DNA of 64,000 bases, from positions 70,749,741 through 70,813,740 of the forward strand of contig CM041465.1 of the NCBI GenBank assembly GCA_023213395.1. Reading direction: 5' to 3'. Below, piece after piece: positions 1-12,225 of the stretch (position 1 is the stretch's first letter; each line of letters starts with the position of its first letter). Both the position numbers and the translations under genes were made by a program. The notes beneath the pieces are model-generated. The model worked only from the letters and a program-made list of their open reading frames with translations, was not told the DNA's origin and made no database searches. The DNA comes from Cycas panzhihuaensis. Lineage: Eukaryota; Plantae; Cycadophyta.

Positions 1-217
1 TGCCAACTCCTGATTAATCCACATATACAAAGGGAGTTCCTAACCAACTGGCAGTTGCAGCAGCTAATAACCCATGCATTCTGGTAGATGGACTCCACTT
101 TATATGGACTTCAAGAATTTCTTATTCGTGCGGCGCTTATGATCTAGTAGACTTTTGGAGACTTGAGCTTATCATTGATATGATGACATTTATGTAATTG
201 ACTATTACAAGGGGGAA

Positions 218-491
218 TGTTAGTGTAATACTCCAATTCCATTAGCCCTATGTAAACTCTCTCTATCTTTTGTATTTTATATTAGAGTTGTGGGTCAATT
301 GATATGTGTGCCACCTCAAAGTAGTCCAATGGGGTTCTCTCACTAGTGTGAGCTTGTACTATAAGTATGTACTATTCTTTATTCATAATTGAGTTTTGGC
401 TAATTCTCCAATATGGTATCTATTTTGTACATACTTCATCTTTTATCAAGCCACCATTATGGTTTGATATGCTTACATTACTAATTTAATA
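218..491 (+). mobile_element. Copia element A, 3' LTR, preceded by its polypurine tract (PPT)
   Basis: PPT AAGGGGGAA at ~209-217, then TGTTAGTGTAATAC. Closely matches the reverse complement of 6677-6953. Followed by AAATG (TSD). Confidence 0.85.
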
Positions 492-851
492 AAATGTATG
501 TAAATATCTTACAAATAAGTGTGATTTATAAATTAATTATACCATGCATATAAATTTTGGTAGAGCTTCTACATACACCATAATTCATCATACAATAATG
601 GGATAGTACTTAATATATAAGTATTCAAAACCCAAATATAGAAATATGATTAACTGATATAATGGGCCAATATTATTGGCTCATTATTTGGAAATTAAAT
701 GGACCTAACTACATTATGAATTATATTTAAATTACAAATAAGGGTTTAAACCTAATATTACATATGATACATAATAATGTTATAAAAGTATATAATATAT
801 AATTACATATTAGAAATATATTACAAAGAGCTATTGCAAGTTATTTAAATA
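492..851 (-). mobile_element. First part of the 5' LTR of copia element B (split by element A)
   Basis: Reverse complement aligns with 28769-~29125. It ends ...GATATTTACATACATTT, where the LTR resumes at 6954. Confidence 0.8.
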
Positions 852-2400
852 GATATATTCTGATATGGTATAAGAGATAATTAAAAATTCTAATATGGTA
901 TCAAAGCCATGGTGAAGTATTAGAGATCAGGTTAAGAGCCATGGTTGCAAGCCTATACAGAGCCAGTTGACGAGTCAGTACAAAGCTAGTATATAAGTTA
1001 GTTTTAATGACTATTTAAAGAGTGAAGACTCCATTATGCTAGTGATATATGATGAATAATTTAGAGTATGATGAAGATATTAAGAGCTACATATAGAAGA
1101 TTAAGTCACATGAAGATGAATATAATAAAACTAATGGGTATATTGATTATTAAATTTATTGTAGATGTTTATATTATGCATGTAACACATATTCAATAAA
1201 CATGCAAGTTTGAAACTAGTCCACCAAATATGATCTGATGAGGAGAATTATTGCCAGTTGCATTTACTAATATAAATCGAATTTCTATAGAAATTATTAA
1301 GATCTAGTGAAGACCAACCATCCCACTAAACCTTATAATTAGCAACAACAAGATCATATTACATAAGTGATAATGACATCTCTTACCTAGATTTTAATCA
1401 TGGATTTTTTAATTTACATTTTGCTGATGGATTTTCTTCCAATTAATGGTATTTTTGTAATAGTTTGTTGTTGAGAGATAACAACAAAAATAAGATTGAT
1501 ATGAAGACATGAGAAGCAAATCAGTGAGAAGCAAGCTAATAACCCTATTAGAGTGAAATAAGTAGCAACATATACAAATGATATACGACGATGAATTTTT
1601 TTTATAAATAAGCTTTATTAATTTATTGCATGGTAAGTTAGTATTCAAATAAGGGATTCAACCTTAGTTAAGTGTGTAGATTCTTATGATTGTTAAGCAT
1701 AAAAATAAATTAAGGTTTGCAACTAAGGTTTATTAGAATATAGATTGAGTGTGAGAGCATAACCTAAGCTTGTGTATATTATAGGCCACAAGAAGGTATA
1801 CATTCTAATACTATGAGATATTATGGTATCAATTTAGGGATTTTCATATAAAAAGAATATTAATATAACTTGCAAAGGATACAAATCATTTGATGCTTTC
1901 TTATAGAAGATCATTAATGAATATGTGACTACCATTTAGAATGATGAAATTAGAGATACCACAGCACATCATGGGCCATCCTATATAATCCTTTCATAAT
2001 TCAAATATGCCCTTTGTATCCATAGATTTGACTAAAAGATCTTAGTTAGAAGAAGCATATGAAATAGCTAAAAGGAAAGAAGATCTACCATTTGCCTACC
2101 ATACAGAAGACCATAAATCTAAACATAGATAATATGTCTCTATCATGAATTCTGCCCCTATGTTTCTATGGTTTATCTTTAAAGTTGACCGTGTTGTATT
2201 AATTCCTTCTATTAAGCACCCTCCTCAATGTTGTATTATGTGATTTACCACTATATGATATCAACCATTTATCAAGAGCTCCATATCACCTATGTGATGT
2301 CCTACTCACCATAGTGATTTAGTTATTCGTGATATTACTCCTAAGTTGTGGTATACTCACCATGAAGGGTAACTTCTATTTTATGTTATACTCTAGTGAA
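852..2400 (+). mobile_element. 3' tip of LTR G, PBS and degenerate internal leader
   Basis: PBS TGGTATCAAAGCC at 896-908. The rest of this LTR is probably 29220-29699 (-). No recognisable coding sequence. Confidence 0.5.
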
Positions 2401-2412
2401 TATAAGGAGATT

Positions 2413-4237
2413 TGTAAACATTGGTAACCTAAGTGATCAAGTTAGATAATGTGATAATAATATTCTTTTGAAGACAAAAAATTTGACAAAGTTAAGCAAG
2501 GCGTGACAAGCCACCTTAACTCTGCTGTGGGGATCTAAGGGAGCAAGAGACTCCCTTTGGCTAAAGGGTATGTAGGAGGTATTGGAACCCCCCTCCCCCA
2601 CAAAGAGAGAGGTTTTTAAGTGCAGTATCTCCTTAACCCAAAATATCGTAATCAGAAAGTCATATTAAATTGTAAAGAGAATCGTGTCATTTATTTAAAA
2701 TGGCCCCAAATTTTATGGTCAAGATTTTGTGCCTTGTATAACTCTCTCATATAGCTTCTTAATTTAGGTGTTTTTTTTTATTATGTTAATGGTAATTAAT
2801 ATATTAGATGTACCGTATTAAGTATGAAATGGGTTGTTATTATTATGAGCATATCTACTGCTGCATTATATATATATATCTCTATTCTTAGATAATAAAG
2901 TGACGATACCTTTCTATATGGGATGTTTTCCTAGTAACATTACTAGGGTTTACCATGTTATATATGGTGTATATATGATGCTTTAGCTTCTAATTTATTA
3001 ATTGTATTATCTCTAAAGTGCAAGAACTTACATGTTAAATTTTACTTCAATTTCTATAATTAGTTATAAACAGTTTAGATCTTGTAGTATTTTTCTAGTT
3101 ATTGGGACCTAATTGGCTCAACAAAGTGGTATTAGTGCTACTTTTATTTTTGTAATGAGTCTTAGGCCTGTGAAGGTTTTCGTGTTGACTTTTTCGCATT
3201 AATGTAGCAAAACTAATGAATACAAAGTTTGAGGTGAAGAAATTAAATGGTAAGAATAACTCCCGGGGTTATGGAAGTTGGGTAAAAAGCATATGATGTT
3301 CTAGTATAACAAAGGTGGATTATATAAAACTTGAAAGGTAAATCAAAGAAGTTCCTATAGGGATGGATGAGATGAATAGATTAGATCTCTGATAAAAGGT
3401 TTTGGTACAATATGATTGTACTTGGTAGATGAAGTTCTATTTAACATTATAGGAGAAGACAACAGAGGGATTATGGACCTAGTTGAAGTCTTGTACATGA
3501 CCAATCATTAACAAATCAAATCTGCTTGAAACCGATTATACTCATTATGGATAAAAGAAGGTGCAAAAATTCTAATCATTTAAATATTTAATACTCTTAT
3601 ATCAATTGGCTAATATCAATGTCATAAATTGAGGATGAGGATAATTGCTATTATCTTGTTGTGTTTATTACTTTAAAATCTTGGGATAATGTTGTCGTCT
3701 CGGTTGGTTTTGGTACTGTATATGAATTGGACTGTTGTTCTGTTGGGTGCTTTACTGATGGAAGAAATGAGGAGCAAGTCTAGTCTTAAAACCTCCACAC
3801 TAGAAGCTATGATAGGAAGGGGCAGAATAATTGAGAGAGGACAAATCTCTATGGATACATCAAGGTCAAAGTTAAAAGGTAAGAAGAGTAAGCTTAGATG
3901 TTGGCATTGTAATAAGACACATTACCTCAAGAAGGATTGCTACAAAAAGAAGGGGTTTTAGGAAAAAGAAGATCCTGCCAAGGAGGCTAATCAGGTGGAG
4001 TAAAATTAAGGTATGAATGATGATATCTTGGTTGCTTATAATATTTTCCATTATCATCATGATTGGTTATTAGATTTAAGTGATTTACACTACATGTGTC
4101 TGAGTTGATTTTTATCATACCAACCTCTTGATTATAGTGATGTGCTTATGGAAATGAAGTTTCCTATAAGACAATGAGCATTAATAACATTAAATTAAAA
4201 TGTTTGATGGTGTAGTAAGAATATTAGCGAAGTTAAA
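2413..4237 (+). mobile_element. Copia element F (Tnt1/Tork-like): LTR, PBS, decayed gag-protease, cut by the gap
   Basis: LTR ~2413-3123. Degenerate PBS TGGTATTAGTGC at ~3127. Gag starts MNTKFEVKKLNGKNN at 3216. Zinc knuckle CWHCNKTHYLKKDC in ORF 3689-3961. Protease relic WLLDLSDLHYMC at ~4065. Confidence 0.8.
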
Positions 4238-4737
4238 NNNNNNNNNNNNNNNNNNNNNNNNNNNNNNNNNNNNNNNNNNNNNNNNNNNNNNNNNNNNNNN
4301 NNNNNNNNNNNNNNNNNNNNNNNNNNNNNNNNNNNNNNNNNNNNNNNNNNNNNNNNNNNNNNNNNNNNNNNNNNNNNNNNNNNNNNNNNNNNNNNNNNNN
4401 NNNNNNNNNNNNNNNNNNNNNNNNNNNNNNNNNNNNNNNNNNNNNNNNNNNNNNNNNNNNNNNNNNNNNNNNNNNNNNNNNNNNNNNNNNNNNNNNNNNN
4501 NNNNNNNNNNNNNNNNNNNNNNNNNNNNNNNNNNNNNNNNNNNNNNNNNNNNNNNNNNNNNNNNNNNNNNNNNNNNNNNNNNNNNNNNNNNNNNNNNNNN
4601 NNNNNNNNNNNNNNNNNNNNNNNNNNNNNNNNNNNNNNNNNNNNNNNNNNNNNNNNNNNNNNNNNNNNNNNNNNNNNNNNNNNNNNNNNNNNNNNNNNNN
4701 NNNNNNNNNNNNNNNNNNNNNNNNNNNNNNNNNNNNN
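4238..4737. other. Assembly gap (exactly 500 N)
   Basis: Run of N with a round length typical of a scaffolding placeholder. Confidence 0.99.
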
Positions 4738-6953
4738 AAAGTGACAGTACTCCTAAAAAAAGTTGAAAATAGGGAATTAGCCCTTTATTACTATGAGCTG
4801 GAGAGTCGTATAGGCAATGCTGCATATGACTTGGGGGCTAAGTGGATGGGGGCTAATCACCGACTCGAAACTATATTATCTAATATGATTTAATTAATTT
4901 TTTAAATTGAAAAAAAAAAATAACCCCTTTTGATACATAATTCGCATTACTAATGCATTTAAAACATCATCACGCTAAAACTAAAAATATTAATTTAAAA
5001 TAAACCCTATTAGGGTTTATGCACCATTTGAGAGGGCCAACTTTGCCATTGGTATTTCACCGGAGTCATTGTAGTGGAGAAGGTGTCGCCATTGAAGTTC
5101 CAACGGTTCTGGGAGTCTCACCGCTTATCCAGAGAGTTTGCGGGGTTTCATCGATAATGGTGAGGGCTGCCCTCTTCCACAAAGATTACTACGGATGGGG
5201 TGCCCAGTCGCATGACGTGCACTGGCTGTGTATTGTTGTCACTAATTCTAAAACTGTAAATAGATTAAGAGTATTTGAGGAGCCATGGTAAGGATCTCAC
5301 TTCAAGAAGCTTTTGCATTCATATACCATCCATGGGACCAACACGCTTTGAGAGGAGGACATTAGGCCATGCATGTGATGAAGAAATGATACCATTAGTG
5401 TTCTTATTTTGCTATTTGACGAAGATGCCTATATAGCTCAACCCAGCCTTAAAGTATATTTAGATTCAATCTTCCACCATCTATTATCAACCATATTTGC
5501 TTTGGAGAAAATCATGGCACGTCTATTACCACCAAAACCTATCACTTTCAACTATTCTATAATGTCCATGTGTCACGGGTTTGTAGACCTAACAAAACTA
5601 ATATGAACACGAAGACTACGATGCATCATTTGAATAATCAAGGCAAATAAACACCTTTATGTCGTCATGAAGTTCCCAACTCATATTTTTGCATTGCAAT
5701 CAAAGCACATCTTATTATCAACCTTGGCCTTCAATTTTCTACGAACATAACATCACTTGGCGAGTACTCTTCCGTAGTGGCCATTCTACGATTGATCGAT
5801 GAATTCTGTGACCCTTAACAAGGGCTTGAATCGCAAGACCAAAACTTTAAAGGTGCACGAAATAAATAAAATAATATTTGAAGTGTAAGCAATATAATAA
5901 TGGCGGTGAAATGAAGTTATTAGGATTGGTGCTCGCTTCCAGATCTGCAAAAGAATTATCGGAACCAAGGAGTAGTCTAGAAGTGTTCATTTTGCTTACG
6001 TATAATAGAGTTTTGAGGAACTTCATCTAGAACTCCAAATTTGGTAGACTCCCTTTTTTGAGAAAAAATACACATAGAGCATAGGCCAAAAGCTATAGAA
6101 TCATTTTTAAATATTTTTCACCATAAAGAGCTGCATACGTATTAGTAGAAAAGGAACACACCTTTATCCACCTATGCATCTATTAAAAAAAAAAAAAAAA
6201 AAATCAAAATAAAGTCACTCCTAGCTAAGAAGGACTCTCTCAACTACTTCATCAATAATCTTTGATTGCATTCCTTATCCCATCGATACGCAATGGAGAT
6301 GGTCTTCTAAACAATTGGAATCTAAACATGACCTTTGGCCGGACTTTTTTACCCATGCGGAATTTATGTGAGGTACGCTATATGTGGAGAAGATATCCAC
6401 TTGAGCAAAGATCAACATGCTTCAAACAACTACAAAACTTCAAAATAGGCTTGAAAACAACCTCTCATAAACATAAAAATAACCTTTCAAAACTTGATAG
6501 CACGGTTCCATAGCAAAATATGCATAAGATGTAACTCAAATGATCTTCAACTTGACAAAGTCAAGTAAACCGACACGTAAAAAATTTACAAGACTTGAAA
6601 GCTAAAAAACAAGGATAATATGTACTAGGGTTTCTGAGAAATGCCTCAGAGGATTGAACCTTGGGCTTTGATACCATGTTAGAATTAGGAATGTAATAAG
6701 CATATCAAACCCTAATGGTGAGCAATAAAAAGATGAAGTATGTATAAAATAGACACCATGTTGGAGAATTGTGAAAACACAATTATGAGCAAAGAATAGT
6801 ATATACTTATAGTACAAGCTCACCACTAGTGAGAGAACCCCATTGGACTACTTAAAGGTGGCACACATATCAAGGTGGCCCATAACTCTAATATAAAATA
6901 CAAAAGATAGAGAGAGTTTATATAGGGCTAATGGAATTGAGTATTACATAACA
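4738..6953 (-). mobile_element. Copia element A, 5' LTR (6677-6953), PBS and long 5' leader
   Basis: TG...CA LTR on the minus strand. PBS TGGTATCAAAGCC at 6664-6676. Flank CATTT at 6954-6958. Confidence 0.85.
5405..5784 (-). pseudogene. Captured ArfGAP (AGD8/9/10-like) N-terminal fragment, frameshifted and apparently intronless
   Basis: Manual minus-strand translation across frameshifts: MATTEE..RKLKAKVDNKMCFDCNAK..VFICLDYS..HRSLRVHISFVRSTNP-DTWT..LKVIGFGGNRRA..KIESKYT, the ArfGAP zinc-finger domain. Confidence 0.9.
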
Positions 6954-9900
6954 CATTTAATGTATTTATTTATGTTTCCTACTTTTAGTTTGATATATAT
7001 GCATGCAAATTTATAATAGTGATCATGTTAATCAATTTGGCATGGTATCAAAGAAAGTTTATGTGCATTTATCTATTTATTTATAAGTTCTATTGAGAAA
7101 CTCTTAGGAAACACCTATATGCAAGCGAGTCAATAGAATCTTTCACACAAATTAGATTTCAATAGAATGAAGCACATAAGACATTAGAATTGAGATGGGA
7201 AACCCTCTCAAGTAAAAACCCCCCAAAATTATATTATTTACATTTTAAAGAAATCTAATGTTGTATATAGTTTAGACTTTAATCTATATTTATAGATCTC
7301 GAGTGTCCTAAATAATTAGTATTACATCTATTGGCTTATCATAATATTGCATATGTTGTATTGATAAAGACTTTGCTTTTAATACCACTTTGACACACCT
7401 TAAGTTGTCTTTAGAAGATCTTTTGCATACTCGCGTGGGCCATGTTCATATAAATCAACTTAGTGATCTTTGTCATACCCTTCCAGTCTACCCAAGTTCT
7501 TCTCCAAGCCAAAATATGAAGCATGTATCATAGTCAAATATTATAGATAGCCCTTTATTGATAGTTAGTGGAAATCAAGTCATCCTCTTCAATTGGTATA
7601 CTCTGATCTATGTGGACCAATGCCCATTTCATCATTAATGTAGAAATTATATTACATATCCTTCATTAATGATTTTACTAGGAAAGTGTGGGTGAATTTT
7701 CGACTAAGAAAGATGAGGCATTTAGTGTCTTTAAAGCTTTTAAAGCTCGCCGAAAAAGGAGTCAAGTTATTAGATTAAGTGTCTCCAAACATATAATGGT
7801 GGAGAATATACCTCTCGAGTTTGAAACCTATCTATAAGATAATGACATCAAGCATCATACTACAATAGTAGGCACCCACTAATAGAATAGAATTGTCAAG
7901 CATGAATAGGTCTATTATGAATATGGCTTGATCTATATTGGTTTATAAAAGTGTACCTTCTTACTTATAGGTAAGCAATTTAGGCAGGTTATTTATTGTA
8001 TGAATGTTGTCAGCCCATCTAAAGGAGGAACTTCTCCTAATGAAAAGTGGACTGGACAGACCCTCACTACCTACCAATTCAAAATATTTATCTTAATATA
8101 TTATGCCCATATATTAGATGGAGATAGAAATAAACTCTAGGCTAGGCCACTTAAAGGCATCTTTGTTGGATACCCTATGGACAAGAAAGGGTACAAGTTT
8201 TTAATACCTTTATAGTAGAAGATTATCATCACTAGAGATGTGGTGTTTACTGAAATAGAAGATCAATTATTACAATTAGACTCTAAATTACCAAATAACC
8301 ATTATTATGATGTTACTCAATATGATGTATAGATTCTAAAACTTGGCAAGGGGTGGGGGGGGAGGAACACTCAAGAGTTACTCAAACTATTGGAATCTGA
8401 TAATAGAGTTACAGAGGATGGTAGCTATGACTCTCAACTAATGAGTACACATCATGCACCACCATTTAAGAATAATAGAGTTGACAAAGGCAAAGCAATG
8501 GTAGATGGACCATGCTCCTCAGATACATCAATATCCTTCTCAACAAATATATAAAATGATCCCTCTTAGGATCTAAATGAAGACCATGTAGTTGGATAAA
8601 TAAAGTCCTCATTCCCAACTTAAGGTTCTCGTGAAGCCTATTAGTTAAATAAGGATATACGACCTGATGAGGTTGAAAAAATTAGTATTTGAAGTGCCCA
8701 TAGAGCTAAGATACAAGAATCAATTTTCATTGAGTTAGAACTAGTAGAATTTTATCTTTCTCTCAATGATGAGCCTCTCGCATACTAAGAAGCTATAAAA
8801 CACACAACTTGAAGGAATGTTTTGAATGAAGAGTATCAATCTCTTATAAAAAATGGTACATGGGAGCTCATTGACCTATCACTTAGAACAAAGGTAGTTT
8901 AAAAGAAATGGGTGTATAAAAATAAATATAGATCTGATGGCACCCTTGAAAAACATAAGGCAAAGTTGGTAGTAAAGGGATTCACACAAAGGGAAGGCAT
9001 CAACTACACTAAAGTCTTTCCACCTACAACTAAGTGGCCCACAATTAGAACTCTTATGGCCTTAGTAACTCAACAAGGCTGAAAGATTCACCAACTCGAT
9101 ATAAGAACTACATTTCTTAATGTTGATCTTGAAGAGAAAATATACATAGCTCAACCTAAAAGATTTAAGATTGCTAATCTAGAGCATAAGGTGTGTAGAC
9201 TCAAAAAGTCCTTGTGCGGCCTTAAATAAGCCCCTTGTGCTTGGTTCATTATGTTTTTAGAAATAATAAAGCAACTTGGATATGAGGTTTGTGACTCTAG
9301 GATATTGATGCAACATTGCTCATCAAATGCCAAAAAGATAAAGTCACTTATCTCTTAATCTTTATGGATAATATGCTTATAATATGGAAAGTTAAACAGG
9401 TAATTAGCCAGCTAGAGAAGGACTTAGCTAAAACATTTGAACTATCTGACCTTAGATTAATGAAATACTAATTAGGGATTAAAGTCACTTAGAAAGATGG
9501 AAAAATCATTCTTTCTTAAGAAAAGTACATCAACGATCTTCTGACGAAGTTTCAATTAGAAGATGCTCAAACTATAACCACTCTAATGGAACCCAATATC
9601 AAACTAACAACTGACGACGATGATCAAGAGGTAGACGCAAGACCTTATATTGTATATTACATTAGCATTCTTTCTCTTTACATAACAAATCCTAAGTAGA
9701 GTAGCAGTGTTGGGGTTAATGCTCATCACCCTCTCCCACCTTCCAACCAGGAGTGCACACTTTACACTCATCAATTTACACATGTGGGTGCTCACATATG
9801 TAAGTAATATAAGGTAAGTTTAAGTTGATTTGATTTAAGTTGAGTTAAGTTCATTTGAGTTAAGTTAAGTTATTATTTTATTGTTAATTAAATTTTAGGG

Positions 9901-10269
9901 GTTGAAGAGTTTCCCTCCTCCCCTAAACTATATATTTTGAGGGGTGTGCAACCCTAGTGTCTTTAAACATCACCTTCATTTTGGATATTTATAATACTCT
10001 CTCTACAAAAATGGATTAAATACAATGGATCTTGTGTTTGTGCAATGATGATGTATTGATTTATGATTATCTCTTTTATATTGTACCATGTTCTCCATCC
10101 ATTATTTTTCCTACATTTAGTATCCAAGTAGATATTGTTGGGCTAGTGCATCTCCATATGAAGTTTTTTGAAGAAGAAGGAAGATTTATTCGTATTTTGA
10201 GGCGGTTACTCATAGTAACAAAATTGGCTATATTATTTTTCTACAAAGTTTATTCAATAGTTTCTTATA

Positions 10270-10920
10270 TTATTTTTTATCAGATCTACTTATTCTTGAG
10301 TTATACTTAGAAAATAATAAATATATTTTAAACTTTCTTGATTTATGTAAGTGTATATTGCCAAATAACAAATATCAAGCTTTTATCATTCTATAGAAGT
10401 TTCATCAACAAGTTTTATATATTTTTATCGTATATTTGATATTTTTCAAGTATATTTTATCTATTTATCTAATACGTTTTTAAGATCTGTGCAAGAGCAT
10501 AGCTCCAAGTAATATTCATTTAAGTTTTCTTGGATCTATTATATGTTCTTCAAATCGTCTTATTTTATCACATATTTCACCATTTTGTAGTTTACTTCTT
10601 TTAGATCTACTATATTTATTTCAGATCTATAATATTGGCTATATATCTATAATATTTACTTTATATACGTAATATTTATTTGATTTGCTATATATATTTT
10701 TAGATCTACTTATTTTATTAAATATTTCACTATTTTTGGGTTTATTTGCTTGGATCTACAATATTGGGTATATATACGTAATATTTACTTTACATATGCA
10801 ATACTTACTTTAAGATCTATAATATTTATTCAAGTTTTCTTCGGATATGCTACATTCTTCGGATCCGCTTATTTTATCATATATTTGTGATTTTTTAAAT
10901 TCTTTTTCGGATCTACAAGT
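10270..10920 (+). repeat. Degenerate tandem array with recurring RGATCTA cores in the leader of E
   Basis: AGATCT/GGATCT at 10283, 10484, 10532, 10603, 10623, 10702, 10752, 10813 and 10909, with similar T-rich flanks. Confidence 0.55.
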
Positions 10921-11914
10921 TTTGGTGCATATTCATGACAGCCATATATTCTAGCAGATATGCCTACTAGAGAAATCTGTTTGAAGCTTTGATTTATATG
11001 GAAGAAGATCTCATCTTTAGAAGTCAACCTACTACAAATCTGCTACAGCTACTTACCAGGTTTCTTGTTTTATTTCAGATTTAAATATATATTTTCTCAT
11101 TTCTTTGATATCTCTTCTCTTATACATTTGAAAAATATTAGATATAAATATATATGCATATTATTTGATATATTTTCATCAATATATTTAGATCTGTTCT
11201 CAAAACTTAAAACTTTATAGATCTATGTGTTGGTAGCATTGGAAGCTTGATTAGTTTCAAAGAAGCTTAAACTTTGTAGATTTATTTGATATACTTTCTT
11301 CAACATATATGAAATTTTTTTGGTTTTATAGCACAATCTTTGCATAGTTAAATATTGAATACATATATTGTTTTGCCTATGAAACATATACTATTTCTGA
11401 TCTTAAACATATTATCATATTAGTGACCAAAGCCTTATCTATTAAATTCGATGTAAGATTGGTGACCATTGGCTCATAATCAAAACCTTTTTCATTTGGA
11501 TTAGTGCATTTATTTTCTTTTTACATTGCACTTACTACGCTAGTTCCTTTATGCTTGGATCATTGAGTAGGTTTGATATTACAGAAAAACTAAATGGATT
11601 TGTTGAAATTACTACATCTTTATCCCCCCAAAGAACATTATGAAATTTTCTATAAATAGGATCACCAAGAGAAGTGATTTCTTATTTATTTCATACTCAG
11701 AATGAGATTGAGTTTAGGCATATCAAGAAAAGACCATAGATAAACACATTACAAATCATAGTTCTTAAAGTGAAACGATTACAAAAAGGCCACTGTCTTA
11801 CATTTCCATAAGTAGCTTTAAACCATTTTATAATCACAAAAGCCATGTATTAAAGCAGAGTAACTTTTTTTTCAAGAATTATATTTATCCTTGTAAATTT
11901 ACTCAGCACTAAAT

Positions 11915-12225
11915 ACCCATCATACTCATTTTGGACATATCTTGCAATCATTGCAATCCATGGGATCACAGTTTGCATAGGCATTTCTCCAAACACTTGT
12001 CGTGCACCCTCTACATTGTAACATTTAATATACATGTCAACAAGGGCACTTTCCACTCAGACATTTGACCCAAATCCAGCTTTGATTATGTGGGCATGCA
12101 CCTGTTTACCCAATCCCAGCCGCGTTAAGCTACTACATGCCATTAGAATGCTGGCAAAAGTGAACAAATCCTCTCTGTTGCATTTCACAGAAGAGTTTTA
12201 CAGCATCATACTCTACTCATTTGGA
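11915..12225 (-). pseudogene. Captured PLS-class pentatricopeptide repeat (PPR) gene fragment
   Basis: AVKLFCEMQQRG..LFTFASILMACSSLTRLGLGKQVHAHIIKAGFGSNV*VESALVDMYIKCYNVEGARQVFGEMPMQTVIPWIAMIARYVQNE gives P-L-S motifs with a stop and a frameshift. Confidence 0.9.

Noticed and set aside
4190-4825. ORFs of 188-211 aa
   Set aside because: They run through the N gap.
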